IMG/VR virus record: IMGVR_UViG_3300042562_001145
Location: 5,689-69,688 of that record
Origin: a virus
Direction: 5' to 3' (one strand)
Length of the DNA stretch: 64,000 nucleotides
Positions within the stretch are counted from its first letter, which is position 1; each line of letters starts with the position of its first letter. The notes below the pieces were generated by a model. The model did no database searches and was not told the origin of the DNA. It saw only the letters and a program-made list of their open reading frames with translations. The position numbers and the translations under genes were made by a program. Shown piece after piece: positions 20,426 to 29,767 of this stretch.

Positions 20426-21289
20426 TTAGATGTTAGGAAACATTCTTTCAAATCTGTTTGTTTCCGCAATCATTTTTCTTTTAAGTTTTTTATCCCAATT
20501 ACCTAGTCCTTCCATTTTGACTTGTGTCATTGCAAGTCCAAAAGTTTCTTTTTCTTTTGCTGATATATACTGTATCTTATTAATCAAGTTTACATCATCA
20601 TCATTCATCCACAAAGCTTCTAATATTCTTCTCTTTGCGTAATAGATTAAGTACTCTTGTAAACTTCTAACATCTGGTATATAAATATCTCCTGTTTCAT
20701 CTGTAGGCAATGCGTTGTACTGCATATAAATAAAACCTTGTTTAAAATTTGTTTGAAGATTATTTCCTAAGATGTTTATCTCGTACTTAGATGTTGGGGA
20801 CAGTTTCTCTCTCATGTTTTTGCAACCCGGTGCACAGTACTCTTTCTTGAATCCCTTTGTTAATCTCAATACTATTGGTTCTCTATAGTGAACATTTTTG
20901 ATTGTATCTCGGTAAAAGATTTTTTCAGAAACTGTTTTGTAACTTTCCTCTTTATGTGACTGCGATTGGTTATCCCATACATAGTTAGTTGTAGTGCTTT
21001 GTTTGTACCATTGTGAGTCTTGAACTAAATCTTTTTGTTCTTCATGTTCTCCTTCCCATCCACCTTGTGTACATTTTACTGCTAAGTGTAGTGTCCAGAA
21101 ATCTTCTGGTAACTCTACTTTTCCATTCTCTACTTCTAATGCCTTCTCTGTTAGTATTGTGATATTGGCACCAAATCTTTTAAGTTCATTTTTGATCCAC
21201 ATGTTCAATGACCTGTAATCTATAAGGCCACTCTCATCATACTGTCGTAGATCAGTTAAAATCTCTGCTATTAATTGTTTTCTAGTCAT
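20426..21289 (-). CDS. Tail ring/adaptor protein (crAss-like)
   Basis: 287 aa, V.NGKVELPEDF and YNALPTDETG..YIPD motifs, adjacent to the muzzle gene. Confidence 0.55.
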   Translation of the reverse strand: MTRKQLIAEILTDLRQYDESGLIDYRSLNMWIKNELKRFGANITILTEKALEVENGKVELPEDFWTLHLAVKCTQGGWEGEHEEQKDLVQDSQWYKQSTTTNYVWDNQSQSHKEESYKTVSEKIFYRDTIKNVHYREPIVLRLTKGFKKEYCAPGCKNMREKLSPTSKYEINILGNNLQTNFKQGFIYMQYNALPTDETGDIYIPDVRSLQEYLIYYAKRRILEALWMNDDDVNLINKIQYISAKEKETFGLAMTQVKMEGLGNWDKKLKRKMIAETNRFERMFPNI

Positions 21290-21290
21290 G

Positions 21291-21833
21291 TTATAAGTCG
21301 TTGCCTTGTTTTCTTAATTTGTTATAAAGTAGGGATGCATTAAAGCTATATTTGTTTCCTGCTTTTAGACTGCGGCATAATGCTTGTTTTATCTTAGCTG
21401 TAAAACTATAATCGAATACCCATGCTTTGAATGAATTATCTTTATCAATGGGTACGTATCCTATGTTGTAAATTGTGTTGTCTGTCTTAGGGTTCATCTC
21501 AAGTGCTCCTGTGGCTCTATTGTGGTAGAGTTTCTTCTTCATTTCTTGTATTATACCAAAGTAGCCCAACCCTTCTAAAAAAACTCCTCCTGGAGCCTCT
21601 ATTAGCTTTTCTCCAGCTATCTTATAGAACTGTGATATTATCTTTCCGTGCTCTACATAGTTTTCTACATCCTGCCTATTAAAAAGCTTTGAGTTTTTCA
21701 TGTAGTGTTGGTAGGCTTTGTGATCTATTATTGAAAAACTTCCACCTGTACCTTTTATTGTTTGAGTCCTACCCCTAGCTCGAAATTGAAAAGCTTTTGC
21801 TGCTTTTGATACGGTCTTTTTTTCTACTGTCAA
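21291..21833 (-). CDS. HU/IHF-like DNA-binding protein
   Basis: Basic protein with IISQFY...KLIEAPGGVFLEGLGYFGI HU-like pattern, located between ring genes as in crAss-like phages. Confidence 0.5.
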   Translation of the reverse strand: MTVEKKTVSKAAKAFQFRARGRTQTIKGTGGSFSIIDHKAYQHYMKNSKLFNRQDVENYVEHGKIISQFYKIAGEKLIEAPGGVFLEGLGYFGIIQEMKKKLYHNRATGALEMNPKTDNTIYNIGYVPIDKDNSFKAWVFDYSFTAKIKQALCRSLKAGNKYSFNASLLYNKLRKQGNDL

Positions 21834-21834
21834 G

Positions 21835-22506
21835 TTACTGTTTTTCGTTATTGTTCATGTTTGGATTTTCGTCTGCCGGGATTTGTTTTTTCATACTAAT
21901 CTCTTTTATCGTCTCTCCTAATACTGCCTCTTCTAATTTATCTGGTACTATAAACTCATAGTCCCACAAACTTTTGCATTTATCAGAGTTGCAAGAACAG
22001 TCTTCTTCAATCTTGTCCATGTCCATTGTTATCAAGTATAGATTGACTAATTCAATCTCTGAGTCTAGTAAATATAAGTAGCCATCTTTTACATAGTAAT
22101 AAACATAGTCTGATTTCTCAACTCTGTTTTTATCTCTTCTGTATTGTGAAGGTGTAGTTGGTTTAAATTCTCTTTCTTCATCTGCCGTAGTTACCTCTTT
22201 TAGTGATCCTCCATATCTGCTATAAATAAGCTTTGGTATTTTACATTTGGAACGCATTATAGATCTACATCTTCTAAACTCTAAGATGTCGCATCTTACA
22301 ACATCAATAGCCTCCATTTCAAAACAGTCAATTACTGAATATATGTTGTCTTCTCTAAATAAGCTTCGCTCTCCTAATTTTTGTGATACCAAGAAAGTTG
22401 ACTTTTGTTTTCCAACATGTAGGATATATCTACGAGAGATCCTATCATCTTTTGATATTGAGTTTAACCCATTTCTTACACGGGATACAAATTCGCTATT
22501 TGTCAT
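21835..22506 (-). CDS. Tail ring/tubular protein (crAss-like)
   Basis: 223 aa, SRVRNGL...DDRISRRYIL, IMRSKCKIPKL, YYYVKDGYLY, C-terminal IPADENPN. Confidence 0.55.
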   Translation of the reverse strand: MTNSEFVSRVRNGLNSISKDDRISRRYILHVGKQKSTFLVSQKLGERSLFREDNIYSVIDCFEMEAIDVVRCDILEFRRCRSIMRSKCKIPKLIYSRYGGSLKEVTTADEEREFKPTTPSQYRRDKNRVEKSDYVYYYVKDGYLYLLDSEIELVNLYLITMDMDKIEEDCSCNSDKCKSLWDYEFIVPDKLEEAVLGETIKEISMKKQIPADENPNMNNNEKQ

Positions 22507-22526
22507 CTTTTTATAATTTTAAGTTG

Positions 22527-22568
22527 CAAAATTAGTTAAAATTTATAAGGTTTCCAAATTAGTTAAAA
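22527..22568 (-). promoter_or_regulatory. Bacteroidota-type promoter
   Basis: TTTG (22555-22558), 20-nt spacer, TAATTTTG (22527-22534). Confidence 0.7.
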
Positions 22569-22593
22569 AAAAGAAAAGGAGCCGAAGCTCCTT
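22565..22593 (-). terminator. Intrinsic terminator
   Basis: Minus strand AAGGAGC-UUCG-GCUCCUU followed by a long U-tract. Confidence 0.85.
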
Positions 22594-22652
22594 CTCACCC
22601 AACAGAAAAAGAGGAAAAACCAAAAACCTCTATCTTTTAATTTTTATTTATT

Positions 22653-24092
22653 TTAGCAACACTGTACATTTGTTATATATCCATCTACGTCTATAGATAC
22701 AATTGTTCCATTAACACATGCTGATAATCCCATTGTTGGTTCTATTTTCCAATAGTTTATTGCATTAAGATTACCTTCTGTACCATCAAATACAGCAGTT
22801 CCTGTGCTAGTTGTGAATAATCTATCACCAACTAATACTGTACCTGATGTGTGTACTGCTAAGTAGAAATTACCCACTGTATTTACAGAATAGCCACATG
22901 CTAATAATGGATTTGTATTTGAATCATCACTTAATCTAACTAACTCTCTGTTTGCTGGGTCTAATGAGTCCCAACAATCTGCATATATTTCTTTAGCAAA
23001 TACTGTGTCTGCTGAATCTTTGACAGCAACCCAATAAGTGTTAGTCACTGTTTCAGGATAGCTAACATCTACAGGACCTGGATTAGGTGTTGAACTCCAA
23101 GAAGTGTTGGCTAATGCTAACGCTTCACTTGTAAAAGTATCTGTTGCAGGATAATAAGGTGGCACTCCTCCTGATATATCATCTAACAAAATATTAATTA
23201 AATTTGAACCACTACATTGTTTATCAATATAAAAGTCTAAGGGTTCTGGAGGACTAGGACTACAGATTGTATATAATGGTTGAGTTAATCCGTTAAGATT
23301 ATTTGCTATTATTTCTGTAGCACAAATTGTAACCATAGTTCCTCCATTAGGTACTGTAACTATTTGTGTTATACCATCACAATCTAAATATTCAACTACG
23401 TGACTTGTACCTGGATTAAGTATTGGTGGATAAACCTCTATATTTAAACAAGATAGTATTTCATCTTGTATTAAACGTACTGACATACCTCCATTTTTTT
23501 CAGGTTGTCCATAGCCGACACCTTCATAATTATAGAGTAAGTATTTCATCCAAGCTTTTGTAGTATCAAATTCTGTAGAAGTCCACCATTGACCATTTGC
23601 CCCTACAGATCCAAAAGAACCATTTCCTCCTCTAAACCCTCCTGGAAGAGCTGTGAATAATACTTGATCAGTTGCATCTGTATTAGGAGATAACCAGTGG
23701 CATAGACCTACTTCTTTTAGTTTGCCTCCTGCTACTGTGTCTCCTCCTAAACTATCAATTAAAATATCCCACTCTGCATAAGAAGGAACATGATAACCTA
23801 AAGGAGCTAATCCTCCATGTGCAGTATCATTTACTGCATACCAATTATATAGTTTACCATATATAGCATCATTGGCAGGGTTATTATTAATATGACACCA
23901 AGCTCCTGTAGTTAAATTTGACCAATCAGTTTGGTCTGTTACTTGTGGTATAGGATCTCCGTTTCTATAAGTAGTTACGTTTAAGTTACATCCTGTCCAT
24001 GTTTGCGTACCAATAGTTACATCATGATCTACACAATTTATACACTCATCCTCATAGTACAGTGTGTACGCTTTCTTTTTAAATAGTTGCAT
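22653..24092 (-). CDS. Fibrobacter succinogenes major paralogous (FISUMP/Fib_succ_major) domain protein, probable adhesin
   Basis: VTIGTQTW...NLNVTTYRNGDPIP, YGKLYNWYAV, LAPLGYHVPS..EW, FTALPGGFR, WWTSTE, GMSVRLIQD. Confidence 0.8.
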   Translation of the reverse strand: MQLFKKKAYTLYYEDECINCVDHDVTIGTQTWTGCNLNVTTYRNGDPIPQVTDQTDWSNLTTGAWCHINNNPANDAIYGKLYNWYAVNDTAHGGLAPLGYHVPSYAEWDILIDSLGGDTVAGGKLKEVGLCHWLSPNTDATDQVLFTALPGGFRGGNGSFGSVGANGQWWTSTEFDTTKAWMKYLLYNYEGVGYGQPEKNGGMSVRLIQDEILSCLNIEVYPPILNPGTSHVVEYLDCDGITQIVTVPNGGTMVTICATEIIANNLNGLTQPLYTICSPSPPEPLDFYIDKQCSGSNLINILLDDISGGVPPYYPATDTFTSEALALANTSWSSTPNPGPVDVSYPETVTNTYWVAVKDSADTVFAKEIYADCWDSLDPANRELVRLSDDSNTNPLLACGYSVNTVGNFYLAVHTSGTVLVGDRLFTTSTGTAVFDGTEGNLNAINYWKIEPTMGLSACVNGTIVSIDVDGYITNVQCC

Positions 24093-24095
24093 GAT

Positions 24096-25583
24096 TTACG
24101 CTTTTATGTTACCTCCTAAATAAAAATTACCTGTAATACCTTCTTGCTCTAAATATGCAAAATAATTTATACCTTTTATTTTAGTAGCTCCTAATATTGG
24201 AGTCTTAATAGTAACTCCTAAACTATCTCCAAATTCTACATCTGCAGATCCTTTTTGTATAAAGGCTACTGCAAATTTTGATGGTAATCCATTAGGTATT
24301 CTAATAACTACAGGTACTGTGTTATTATCTATAACTAGTGTATAATTATTATCAGCAGGGGTTAGTAAATACTCTCCACTAGGAAAAGATACAATAGTAC
24401 GTTGTAAATTATTTGCTGTGTAGTCAAGGCCATCAAGGCCATCTGTGCCATTGGTTCCAGGGTTTCCTGTTATTACAATATTAAAGTCGCAGAAATTACC
24501 TGATCCAACTACTTTGTCAATATTTACATTTATTGAAGATACTGGATTAGTTATTACAGAGCTTACAATACCTTCTAAATAAAGAGAACTACTGTTGTGT
24601 ATTCTAACTCTAGTACCTATTTTCCAACCTAAGTTGTATATGGGGCTGCCAAAATTAAGTGTTATAAAACTTCCTACTAAACCTTGAGAAAGATTGATGC
24701 ATTGTTCAGTGTATAACGCCATAATAGAATCTGCTCCATCTAATCCATCTGCTCCATCTAATCCATCTAATCCATCTGCTCCAGCAGGTCCTTGTGCTCC
24801 AGTGTCTCCTGGTATTCCTTGTGGTCCTTGTAAGCCTATTGGTCCTTGTACTCCTGCTATACCTTGAGGCCCTTGTAATCCTATCGGTCCTTGTAATCCT
24901 ATAGGCCCTGTCGGTCCTATTGGTCCTATTGGTCCTGTTAAACCTGTTGCTCCTACTGCTCCCGGTAAGCCTTGGGGGCCTATTGATCCTGGTACACCTT
25001 GAGGTCCAGGTGTTCCTGTTAAACCTATTGGTCCTTGAGGTCCTTGATCTCCTTGAGGACCGGGATCTCCTTGAATACCGGGATTTCCTTGAGGTCCTTG
25101 ATCTCCTTGATCTCCTGTTAAACCTATTGGTCCTTGAGGTCCCTGATCTCCTTGAGGGCCAGGGTTATTGTTTTGGTTTTCCGTGATAAAATCAGTAAGT
25201 TCATTGGAGTTTATCCCAAAGACTATTTCTCTAGTATTCTCTGATACTACTAGTGTAACTATTGGGCTTGCAGATACTAGGGATCTAATTTCTCTTCTTC
25301 CTAATACGTCTGTCCCTTTGTATATTTGAGCTCCTGTTCCTACATTTATTAAGGCCAGTGAGTTATCTGCACTTTCTAATGCTGTACAGATATAAGAATC
25401 TAGTTGTTGAATTAATTCAGTTAGTATTGTTTGTCCTGGTATTCCAGAGCATTCTAAAGTATCTCCTGTATATAGTATGCAATCAGTACTTAGATCTTTT
25501 ACTGGACAAGAGCAATCATCTTGTACACATGTCGATGTCTGTTGACATATTGATGTTAGTTGGGTATTACTGCAATCGCACAT
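24096..25583 (-). CDS. Collagen-like tail fibre/whisker protein
   Basis: About 145 aa of Gly-X-Y repeats ([16 protein letters not shown]), Cys-rich N-terminus, globular C-terminus. Confidence 0.8.
   Translation of the reverse strand: MCDCSNTQLTSICQQTSTCVQDDCSCPVKDLSTDCILYTGDTLECSGIPGQTILTELIQQLDSYICTALESADNSLALINVGTGAQIYKGTDVLGRREIRSLVSASPIVTLVVSENTREIVFGINSNELTDFITENQNNNPGPQGDQGPQGPIGLTGDQGDQGPQGNPGIQGDPGPQGDQGPQGPIGLTGTPGPQGVPGSIGPQGLPGAVGATGLTGPIGPIGPTGPIGLQGPIGLQGPQGIAGVQGPIGLQGPQGIPGDTGAQGPAGADGLDGLDGADGLDGADSIMALYTEQCINLSQGLVGSFITLNFGSPIYNLGWKIGTRVRIHNSSSLYLEGIVSSVITNPVSSINVNIDKVVGSGNFCDFNIVITGNPGTNGTDGLDGLDYTANNLQRTIVSFPSGEYLLTPADNNYTLVIDNNTVPVVIRIPNGLPSKFAVAFIQKGSADVEFGDSLGVTIKTPILGATKIKGINYFAYLEQEGITGNFYLGGNIKA
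24730..25165. repeat. Tandem 9-nt-period repeats encoding the collagen stretch
   Basis: Repeated ccatctaat/ccatctgct units and a near-duplicated block aaacctattggtccttgaggtcc.tgatctccttgagg (about 25021 and 25120). Confidence 0.8.
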
Positions 25584-25601
25584 AATTTTGTTTTTTATTT
25601 T

Positions 25602-25871
25602 TTAGTAAAATCCACTTTGTCCACAGCAAGTATCTTGTAGTGTTTGTATTTGTGTCTCTAGTATGCCTATTCTTGCATTGGATGCTTGTAGTGCTGCTAC
25701 TATATTTTGTAATATTACATTCAAACTTGCACCTTCTGGTATATCTAAGTATGATATTCCATCTTCTTTGAATACGCAAGCTGTTGATACATGTTCTCCT
25801 TTACAAGGATCTTCTGTTTGAGTAAATCCGTTACAAGGATTTGTTATGTTAGTTTGGCTGCATGCTGTCAT
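25602..25871 (-). CDS. Small Cys-rich coiled-coil structural protein (89 aa)
   Basis: Likely start MTACSQT at 25871. Shares the ST.C..-helix module with neighbouring genes. Confidence 0.55.
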   Translation of the reverse strand: MTACSQTNITNPCNGFTQTEDPCKGEHVSTACVFKEDGISYLDIPEGASLNVILQNIVAALQASNARIGILETQIQTLQDTCCGQSGFY

Positions 25872-25882
25872 GATCGTGGTGT

Positions 25883-26326
25883 TTATGGTGTTGTGTGATT
25901 TAATAAATAATCTAATAGTTGTGCTAGAGTTGTTACTCCTCCTACACAACCGTTGTCTAAACTTGATAAGTCCAGTCCTGTACATTGTGTTATATCTGTA
26001 TCACAGATTGCTGTTGTCTTTAGTATATCTACTTCAGCTCTCAGACTGCAAATTTCTTCTTCTAGTTTTAGAACTACATCTTTTATTTTAGTAGCTTGTC
26101 CTTGTACAGTAGGGTATGTTATACAATCTTCTCCTAATGCTTCGATGCTAATATCTGATAATACTCCTTGTAATATTTCATAAATATCTTCTGTAGTTTC
26201 CTCTAAAGTAACGCAGTTTTCTCCTGCTAAACTAGATATTGTTGGTATTTCTAATTCGTAGTAAATACATGTTGCGTAGTTTTTTTCGGAGCATGTGTTT
26301 TTAATTTTGTTTCCGCAGTTTTTCAT
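25883..26326 (-). CDS. Small Cys-rich structural protein (147 aa)
   Basis: Cys-rich ORF with heptad segments in the fibre operon. Confidence 0.55.
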   Translation of the reverse strand: MKNCGNKIKNTCSEKNYATCIYYELEIPTISSLAGENCVTLEETTEDIYEILQGVLSDISIEALGEDCITYPTVQGQATKIKDVVLKLEEEICSLRAEVDILKTTAICDTDITQCTGLDLSSLDNGCVGGVTTLAQLLDYLLNHTTP

Positions 26327-26337
26327 TTGTATGTTTT

Positions 26338-27363
26338 TTAAAAAGGTTTATTGTAATAGTATCTAAAATAATTTTCTATTCTTTGCTGAAAAGATTTATC
26401 TACATAAGCAGGTATCATTAATGCTGCTGCAATGTGTGTACCACCAGTCCCAAATACAGCCCCTTTATTTCCTATAAAAATGTTTCTATCTAACATTCTA
26501 TAAGAACCATCTCCAAAGTGATCAGAGTTTGTAAAGTTATTTGTAGTGATTGTCTTTTGTTGCTCTACACCATTTACAAAAATATCAATAGGAGAAGTAG
26601 AACCTACTCTATTATCCCTAGGCATATCATATCTTCTATAGTTACTAAATTGATTGTCTAAAGGTAAAGGTCCACCATCTATTCTTAACTGGCACTTCAC
26701 TGTTAATATACTCCAATCAGTTAGCAATCCTACTCCTGCAGTTCCTGTTATACTTGTTACAGATCCTCCTTGTCCTCCTTTGTAATCAAAAGTAATTGAA
26801 TTATTACTATTTAATTCTAATAGAATGTCACCAGACCCTGCAAGTGTAGTACTATCTCTTCCATCTAAAATACTTACTGTACTTGTAGGTAGATTAGCTC
26901 TACGTATAACAAACATGTACGTGAAACCCGTACCACTTGCATAAACATTTGTAGGAGAATTGATAGTACAATACATTTTAGCTAATGTACTACTTTCTAA
27001 ATATCTGTTTGCAGTATCTCCAAAATCCATGTAATTTCTTCCCCCTAATCCATTAAGAACCAATGGAGGTCTATAGGTAGTACCTGCATTTTGTCTTATT
27101 ACATCTTCTACTTTTTCTAGTATTTGATTAGGAACACTTTCTACTAGATTATAACATGTTTGTACTGAACCTGAATTAAGAAGTACATTAGTAGACTCTG
27201 CATTAATATAAAATACAGGATTCCTTTTCGGATCTCTAATAGTGGAAGGATTTAGCATGTTTAATCTTTTAGACATTGTATGACCAAACCTTCCTCCATG
27301 TAATCCAGAGGACAGTCCTGCAGTATTTCCCTGTACTAAACCATTTTCATATCCTCTTTCCAT
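26338..27363 (-). CDS. Putative LamG/lectin-like beta-sandwich tail protein
   Basis: FTYMFVIRR, IDIFVNGVEQ, IFIGNKG and QRIENYFRYYY patterns typical of concanavalin-like phage modules. Confidence 0.45.
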   Translation of the reverse strand: MERGYENGLVQGNTAGLSSGLHGGRFGHTMSKRLNMLNPSTIRDPKRNPVFYINAESTNVLLNSGSVQTCYNLVESVPNQILEKVEDVIRQNAGTTYRPPLVLNGLGGRNYMDFGDTANRYLESSTLAKMYCTINSPTNVYASGTGFTYMFVIRRANLPTSTVSILDGRDSTTLAGSGDILLELNSNNSITFDYKGGQGGSVTSITGTAGVGLLTDWSILTVKCQLRIDGGPLPLDNQFSNYRRYDMPRDNRVGSTSPIDIFVNGVEQQKTITTNNFTNSDHFGDGSYRMLDRNIFIGNKGAVFGTGGTHIAAALMIPAYVDKSFQQRIENYFRYYYNKPF

Positions 27364-27365
27364 AA

Positions 27366-27791
27366 TTAAGCGTAAGTTTCTCCTATTACAGTAAAATTAG
27401 AAACTTTAGCAGGATTCATAGTCGCATTATATGCAACTCTTATAGACCAGCCAATAGGAATGTTTAAATACAATGCTCCTGATGCATCCCTTTGTTTTAC
27501 AATTGGTGCCATTTGAGTGTTTGTAAATACATCTACAGGTAAAATAGCATTTGTATTACCTGCATTAATAGGTATAGCTAATGTTGTAATTTCCCAGTTG
27601 TTAGTCCCATCTGAAAGATGTATTGCAATATCTCTTGCTGCACTTTCATCAGTCCATATTGATATGCCATAGACTCTTCTAGCATAAACAGCATCTGCTG
27701 TTAAAATTGTTTTAGCCACTGTAGTATCCGCAGATGTAAATACAGTTCCTTGTATAAAAGGTGCACTTGTAAAAGTTAAAGTTGTTGCCAT
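27366..27791 (-). CDS. Hypothetical beta-rich tail-associated protein
   Basis: 141-aa ORF tightly packed in the fibre operon. Confidence 0.5.
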   Translation of the reverse strand: MATTLTFTSAPFIQGTVFTSADTTVAKTILTADAVYARRVYGISIWTDESAARDIAIHLSDGTNNWEITTLAIPINAGNTNAILPVDVFTNTQMAPIVKQRDASGALYLNIPIGWSIRVAYNATMNPAKVSNFTVIGETYA

Positions 27792-27792
27792 G

Positions 27793-27966
27793 TTATTCTA
27801 TGTTTATATTAGTATTATCTTGTTCTTCATCTATTTCAATCCACATGCTTATATCTCCTTCTAAAGGAGCAAAGATTTCTTTTGCTACTACATCTCCATT
27901 TGTAAGCATCTTTCCTTCATCTGCAGTAACATGTATGTAGTATCCAGGTATTGTTTCTATTGTCAT
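27793..27966 (-). CDS. Small acidic protein, possible fibre chaperone
   Basis: Likely start MTIETIPG. TADEGKMLTNGD...W.EI motif; lies directly downstream of the repeat adhesin gene. Confidence 0.5.
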   Translation of the reverse strand: MTIETIPGYYIHVTADEGKMLTNGDVVAKEIFAPLEGDISMWIEIDEEQDNTNINIE

Positions 27967-27977
27967 AATATTTGTTT

Positions 27978-29459
27978 TTAAACTACTGTCCAACCTTTTG
28001 CAGTTGCTATTGCTATTTCAGGAGCTGTTAATGCTGCTCTTCCAGGATTGTTGGTTACTGTTATTGTTTGTCCTGTAGGGCTTGAAGTCCCTAAATTTGT
28101 AAATATAGTAACTATACTAGCTTGACTTAATGACCTACCATTATAAGAGTGAGTTTTTGTTGCTCCGTAAACAAGGCTTCTACTTAGTGTAGTATTACCA
28201 TCAATCCAAGTTGTAAAATTAGCCGCTAATACTAAAGGTACATTAATTGCAGGAAGTTCTCTTAAATTCCAACAGTTATTAAATGTTTGACTTAGTGTAG
28301 TTACATTAGCTGTATTTAAGGCAGGTAAGTACATTATGTTATTACAACCATTAAACATACCAGTTAAGTTAGTTGCAGATACCATATTAAACAAAGGAAC
28401 ATCTGTTAAAAGATTACAACTAGCAAACATAGAAGTAAAGTTTTGACCTAGTTCAGTATTAAACTGAGGTACACTTTTTAGTGAACGACATGTGTTAAAC
28501 ATACTAGTAAAGTCAATTCCTTTACTTGTATCAAATAATGCCACTTTTTCTAATGCCGTACATTGAAAAAACATACTTGTAAAGTTAGTAACATTTGAAG
28601 TGTTAAATGCAGGAGTTTCAATTAAACTATAACAGTTAGCAAATAAACTTGATACTGAAGTTCCCAATACAAAAGCAGGTACTGTTTCTAAAGAAACGCA
28701 TCCATCAAACATAGAACTAACACTTGTTGTACTTGCTAAGTTATAATTAGGTACTACTTTTAAAGAGTAACAGTTTTGAAACATAGCCACAGTGTTTGTA
28801 GCTGAACTTGTGTCAAAAAAAGGTGCTTCTTCTAAAGCATAGCAGTTACTAAACATATTGTTAAATGCGGTTCTTCCTGTCATTTCTGAAGGCTCTATAT
28901 ATACTGATCTCAAATTATATAAGTTTGAAAATAAGTTCTGTGGATTCTGTGCACCTAATTCACGAATTACAATCTTTTCTAATCTTGCATATCTTATTAT
29001 GTTACTTCCACCACCCCAGGTAACTATTCCATTTGGAGCTCTTATATCAAACTCTAACCACCCAGGTGAGTAAGATTTATTTAATGTTGCATTTAGAGTA
29101 CCAAAAACTACTGATGTTAAATTCTGACCTGCCTGTGGTGTTATCCTTACAAGTGCTTGTCTAAATCCTTTACTTGTTAATGTTCCTGATGGCAATGAAG
29201 CAAAGGTATGTTGATAAGATGCAGTTGTTCCACTAGCATAATTCACTGGAGCAGTTCCATCTCCCCAATCTACAGTGTAATTACCTTGACAGTTAAATGC
29301 AACGTAATTTCCACCATCATCATAAACAGCCATTAATCCAATAACTTCTTGAGCATCTGGAGTTGGCATTGCTAACCAATCTGCAGGTCTTTCATAAGGT
29401 GTAGCAGAAGAATTAGATCCTCCACTTCCCATAGGTAATTTAAAACTTCCTACTGCCAT
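27978..29459 (-). CDS. BspA/DUF285-like leucine-rich repeat receptor-binding protein
   Basis: About 8 repeats of MF.NC.SL..VP.F.T..V.NF..; N-terminal YTVDWGDG PKD-like motif; ends IATAKGWTV. Confidence 0.75.
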   Translation of the reverse strand: MAVGSFKLPMGSGGSNSSATPYERPADWLAMPTPDAQEVIGLMAVYDDGGNYVAFNCQGNYTVDWGDGTAPVNYASGTTASYQHTFASLPSGTLTSKGFRQALVRITPQAGQNLTSVVFGTLNATLNKSYSPGWLEFDIRAPNGIVTWGGGSNIIRYARLEKIVIRELGAQNPQNLFSNLYNLRSVYIEPSEMTGRTAFNNMFSNCYALEEAPFFDTSSATNTVAMFQNCYSLKVVPNYNLASTTSVSSMFDGCVSLETVPAFVLGTSVSSLFANCYSLIETPAFNTSNVTNFTSMFFQCTALEKVALFDTSKGIDFTSMFNTCRSLKSVPQFNTELGQNFTSMFASCNLLTDVPLFNMVSATNLTGMFNGCNNIMYLPALNTANVTTLSQTFNNCWNLRELPAINVPLVLAANFTTWIDGNTTLSRSLVYGATKTHSYNGRSLSQASIVTIFTNLGTSSPTGQTITVTNNPGRAALTAPEIAIATAKGWTVV

Positions 29460-29767
29460 TAGTTAAAAATATTTATGGTTACTATTATATTTGTTGTTGG
29501 TAGATTAGTAGCATACAATTTAACACTTCCTATACTACTTAAAGTAGATGGCATTATATCAGCAGCTTTTACTACAGCTATGCTCACATTAGCAGGTATT
29601 ACATCAACAATACTTGTACTTAATATACTAGGATTTGAATAAGTGTACTCATACAAACCTGATGCAAAAATCCATCCAGCTATTGTTAATGTTACAGGAG
29701 TTACTTGTAATACATCAACTAGTCCATCTTGTAATTGATCTTTTGGTAATTTTTTTAGTCCATCCAT
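29459..29767 (-). CDS. Small tail fibre-associated protein
   Basis: VTLTIAGW...YTYS...I...SIVDV...VKLYA...P pattern; overlaps neighbours by stop/start coupling. Confidence 0.5.
   Translation of the reverse strand: MDGLKKLPKDQLQDGLVDVLQVTPVTLTIAGWIFASGLYEYTYSNPSILSTSIVDVIPANVSIAVVKAADIMPSTLSSIGSVKLYATNLPTTNIIVTINIFN

Noticed and set aside
22653-24092. Diversity-generating retroelement targeting the FISUMP domain
   Set aside because: No reverse transcriptase and no TR/VR repeat pair visible in the window; one elsewhere in the genome cannot be excluded
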